DNA from: a virus
Taxonomy: Duplodnaviria; Caudoviricetes
Virus record (IMG/VR): IMGVR_UViG_3300020549_000029
Location: 1 to 26,941 of that record
DNA length: 26,941 nucleotides
Reading direction: 5' to 3' (one strand)
Part shown: positions 24,637 to 26,941 of the stretch, one piece after another
Numbering within the stretch: position 1 is the stretch's first letter
Layout of the letters: each line of letters starts with the position of its first letter
Made by a program: the position numbers and the translations under genes
Notes under the pieces: model-generated
Seen by the model: only the letters and a program-made list of their open reading frames with translations
The model's database searches: none
Told to the model about the DNA's origin: nothing

Positions 24637-25302
24637 TCATGCCACCGGCCCCTCAAAGCGGCGGACCATGGCGCGGCAACAGTCCGCCGTCACGGCAACT
24701 ACGGGCTTGTCTGCGTCGATGCGGGTCCAGCCACGCCGAGCGGCCATGACGGCAAAGCCTGCGGCTACCAGCATCACAAAGGATTTTCCTTCCATCTCAA
24801 TGCGGTCGGTCGGTTGCCTGCCACGGCGCCGGATCGACTCGGTCAGGGGCACATCCAGCCAGAGGGTGAGATCAGCCTGCAGACCGCCTGTGGCCAGAAA
24901 CTCCAGATCGCGAATCATTGACTTCATCAAGTCCCTGCCATAACCCTGATAGGCCCAGGTCGATCCGGTGAAGCGGTCGCACAGCACCCAATCCCCGGCA
25001 TCGAGCGCCGGCCGCAGAACGGTTTCGACATGCTGGGCACGGTCGGCGGCATACAGCAGGAGCTCGGCACGGGGCGCCGGGGCCGCTTCCCCAGGAGGGT
25101 GCAGCAGCAGATCCCGCAACGCCTGGCCTAGGGCGGTTCCCCCAGGCTCTCGGCTCACGATCACGCGGGCGCCAGGAGGCATCAGGCCACTACTGGGCAG
25201 CCATTGGCGCAGGGCCTCCAGTTGGGTGGTCTTGCCGCTGCCGTCGATGCCCTCTAGGACGACGAAGCGGCCACGGGGCGGGGTTGGGGTGATGTCTCTC
25301 AT
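24637..25302 (-). CDS. tmk: Thymidylate kinase (dTMP kinase)
   Basis: P-loop EGIDGSGKTTQ, REPGGT, ELLLYAADRAQH, VLCDRFTGSTWAYQGYGR, DRIE. Confidence 0.96.
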   Translation of the reverse strand: MRDITPTPPRGRFVVLEGIDGSGKTTQLEALRQWLPSSGLMPPGARVIVSREPGGTALGQALRDLLLHPPGEAAPAPRAELLLYAADRAQHVETVLRPALDAGDWVLCDRFTGSTWAYQGYGRDLMKSMIRDLEFLATGGLQADLTLWLDVPLTESIRRRGRQPTDRIEMEGKSFVMLVAAGFAVMAARRGWTRIDADKPVVAVTADCCRAMVRRFEGPVA

Positions 25303-25913
25303 ACCCTGGCCACCACCACCCGCTCAGGCTGGTTCTGATATTTCCCAGCCCGATCGGCATAGGTCGTCTCGCAGGGATCCCCCTCGAAGAAGAGCAGCTG
25401 GCAGATCCCCTCCTCCGCATAAATGCGGCAGTCAGCCCCGGATGAGTTGCTGAACTCAAGGGTCAGATGCCCCTCCCATGCGGCCTCTGCCGGCGTGGTG
25501 TTGACGATGATTCCCAACCTGGCATAGGTGCTTTTGCCTAGGCAGATCACGGTGATATTTGGCGGCACCCGGATCCTTTCGAGCGCCACCCCTAGGCCAT
25601 AGGTGTGGGCCGGCAGGATAAAAAATCGGCCGTCTTCATCCTCATGCAGGGGGGCGGGCTCCAAGTTGGCAGGATTGGGCCGCTTGGGGTTCATCACCGT
25701 GCCCGGCACATGGCGGAAGGTCAGGAACTCGGCAGCCGAGAGGCGGATGTCGTAGCCGTAGCTGCTGGTGCCGAAGCTCAGTACCGGGCGCTTGTCCCAC
25801 GGCTCGCGCAGCGAACCATCCATGGCGTCAACCTCCCTCACCAGGGCCGCCTGGAAGGGCTCGATCATGCCGGCGGCGGCCTGGGCTCTGATCCATTTGT
25901 CGTTTTTTAGCAT
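25299..25913 (-). CDS. dcd: dCTP deaminase
   Basis: LSFGTSSYGYDIRL, CLGKSTYARLGIIVNTTPAEAAWEGHLTLEFSN, YAEEGICQLLF, YADRAGKYQ. Confidence 0.96.
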   Translation of the reverse strand: MLKNDKWIRAQAAAGMIEPFQAALVREVDAMDGSLREPWDKRPVLSFGTSSYGYDIRLSAAEFLTFRHVPGTVMNPKRPNPANLEPAPLHEDEDGRFFILPAHTYGLGVALERIRVPPNITVICLGKSTYARLGIIVNTTPAEAAWEGHLTLEFSNSSGADCRIYAEEGICQLLFFEGDPCETTYADRAGKYQNQPERVVVARV

Positions 25914-25947
25914 TGGGGGTCAGGGGTGAGGGTGCTCTTGGGGGTGC

Positions 25948-26136
25948 TCAAGGTTTCCTGTATTCAGAGAGCGATCTGGTCAGCTCCATAGATGCACGTC
26001 GAACAGCACCAGATGGGGCCGTGCCGGTCAGGCTTGCGCCGCCTGCTTCCCAATAGGCCAACAGAAGCTCGCTCCGGTTGATAAATTCACGGGCTGCTTT
26101 CATTGCGGTCCTGAGTTTTTGTTCCTTGGCTTTCAC
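25948..26136 (-). CDS. Hypothetical protein (62 aa, MKAKEQKLRTAM...)
   Basis: GTG start in a GTGA overlap with the upstream stop, preceded by GGAGG. Confidence 0.6.
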   Translation of the reverse strand: MKAKEQKLRTAMKAAREFINRSELLLAYWEAGGASLTGTAPSGAVRRASMELTRSLSEYRKP

Positions 26137-26399
26137 GCCTCCACCTCCCCCCATGCCGGCGCTGACACTCTGTGGCAGCACTCAGAGCACAGGTAATGTC
26201 CATCTGTTTCGCAATCGGCAAAGTCTTCCAGCTTGCGGGGTCGGGGCTCAAATGCCGGGCAGGGGCTGTCTGGGTCCCGGTTGCCTGGCACGCCGACCGG
26301 CTTTCTATTGCTGGCCACCATTCCCCTTGCGTAACGCCAATAAGCCCATTTTGCGATTGAAAAATAAGCGTCGGCCAGTGTTGGAATTTGAACTAACAT
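26133..26399 (-). CDS. Hypothetical Cys/His-rich (possible Zn-binding) protein, 88 aa
   Basis: ATG in a TGATG overlap with strong SD; PCPAF...DCETDGHYLCSECCH. Confidence 0.6.
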   Translation of the reverse strand: MLVQIPTLADAYFSIAKWAYWRYARGMVASNRKPVGVPGNRDPDSPCPAFEPRPRKLEDFADCETDGHYLCSECCHRVSAPAWGEVEA

Positions 26400-26941
26400 C
26401 ACGCCTCCCCCTCCCCGACATGGGGCGCTGGTTTTGGGATAGCGCGGGGCCGCTGAATTGCCCAGTGCGGCAAAGAGTGAGTCAGCGTCCCTAGCCGCCC
26501 CCAGCCCTGCCCTGGATCGGGCGGAGTGTCGTAGCTCCAGCGACCCATGGAGTAGGCATTGCAGAACCAGCACCGCCCCTGTTCATCGCGCCACCCCTCC
26601 CGCTCCCATGGCCGCTCGCTCACTGCCACCGGCACCGGCACAGCCACATCCCCAGCCTCCACCCCAACGCCATACACCGCCCTGATCTGGCTGTCCCAGG
26701 GCCCAGCCGCCGCCCGCTTGAGCACGTCCACGACCGTAGAGATGGCGCCATGCCAGGCCTCACCCTCTGTCCCGCTATGGCCGCCTGAGTAATCGTGGCA
26801 GCCCTGGGCTAGGCGAATGGCGTCTAGGTATGTGGGGCGGGCCGCCTCCCCCAGCGGTTCAAAGCTGACCCCGGCAGTGCAAGCCTCAATCCGGCCCGGC
26901 TCCGACTTGAGCAGATCTAAAAACCCCTCAGGCGGGCGACC
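26399..26941 (-). CDS. Hypothetical phage protein, 5'-truncated by the window edge
   Basis: Frame is open from 26941 (GRPPEGFLDLL...) to the stop at 26399; PVPVAVSERPWE...DEQGRCWF...THSLPHWAI resembles accessory domains of cyanobacterial phages. Confidence 0.65.
   Translation of the reverse strand, partial: GRPPEGFLDLLKSEPGRIEACTAGVSFEPLGEAARPTYLDAIRLAQGCHDYSGGHSGTEGEAWHGAISTVVDVLKRAAAGPWDSQIRAVYGVGVEAGDVAVPVPVAVSERPWEREGWRDEQGRCWFCNAYSMGRWSYDTPPDPGQGWGRLGTLTHSLPHWAIQRPRAIPKPAPHVGEGEA

Larger units (their letters stand above)
1..26941. mobile_element. Lambda-like siphophage/prophage segment: packaging, head and tail modules plus part of the oppositely oriented early/accessory region
   Basis: Order terS-terL(gpA)-gpW-portal-protease/capsid-...-tail tube-chaperones-tape measure-tail tip, tightly coupled genes with ATGA/TGATG overlaps, no sheath gene. 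Free phage and prophage cannot be distinguished because no att site or integrase is visible. Confidence 0.95.

Overview
The window is a contiguous piece of a lambda-like siphophage or prophage. The host is most likely a picocyanobacterium (Synechococcus/Cyanobium type), judged from the cyanobacterial-type dcd and tmk genes and an NblA-like ORF. The + strand (86-22755) carries, in order: ParB-N protein, C5 DNA methyltransferase, small and large (gpA-type) terminase, gpW, portal, prohead protease-major capsid fusion, DUF2190 protein, head-tail protein, a fibre / glycine-rich block, three small membrane proteins, tail terminator, tail tube, a tail chaperone pair with a canonical GGGAAAG -1 frameshift site, tape measure and tail-tip genes. 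The - strand (22757-end) carries two virion-like genes facing the tail operon, small accessory ORFs, thymidylate kinase and dCTP deaminase, with one NblA-like gene on the + strand among them. No integrase, endolysin, reverse transcriptase, cas gene, tRNA or rRNA was recognised. All calls come from motif recognition by eye; no database searches were run.
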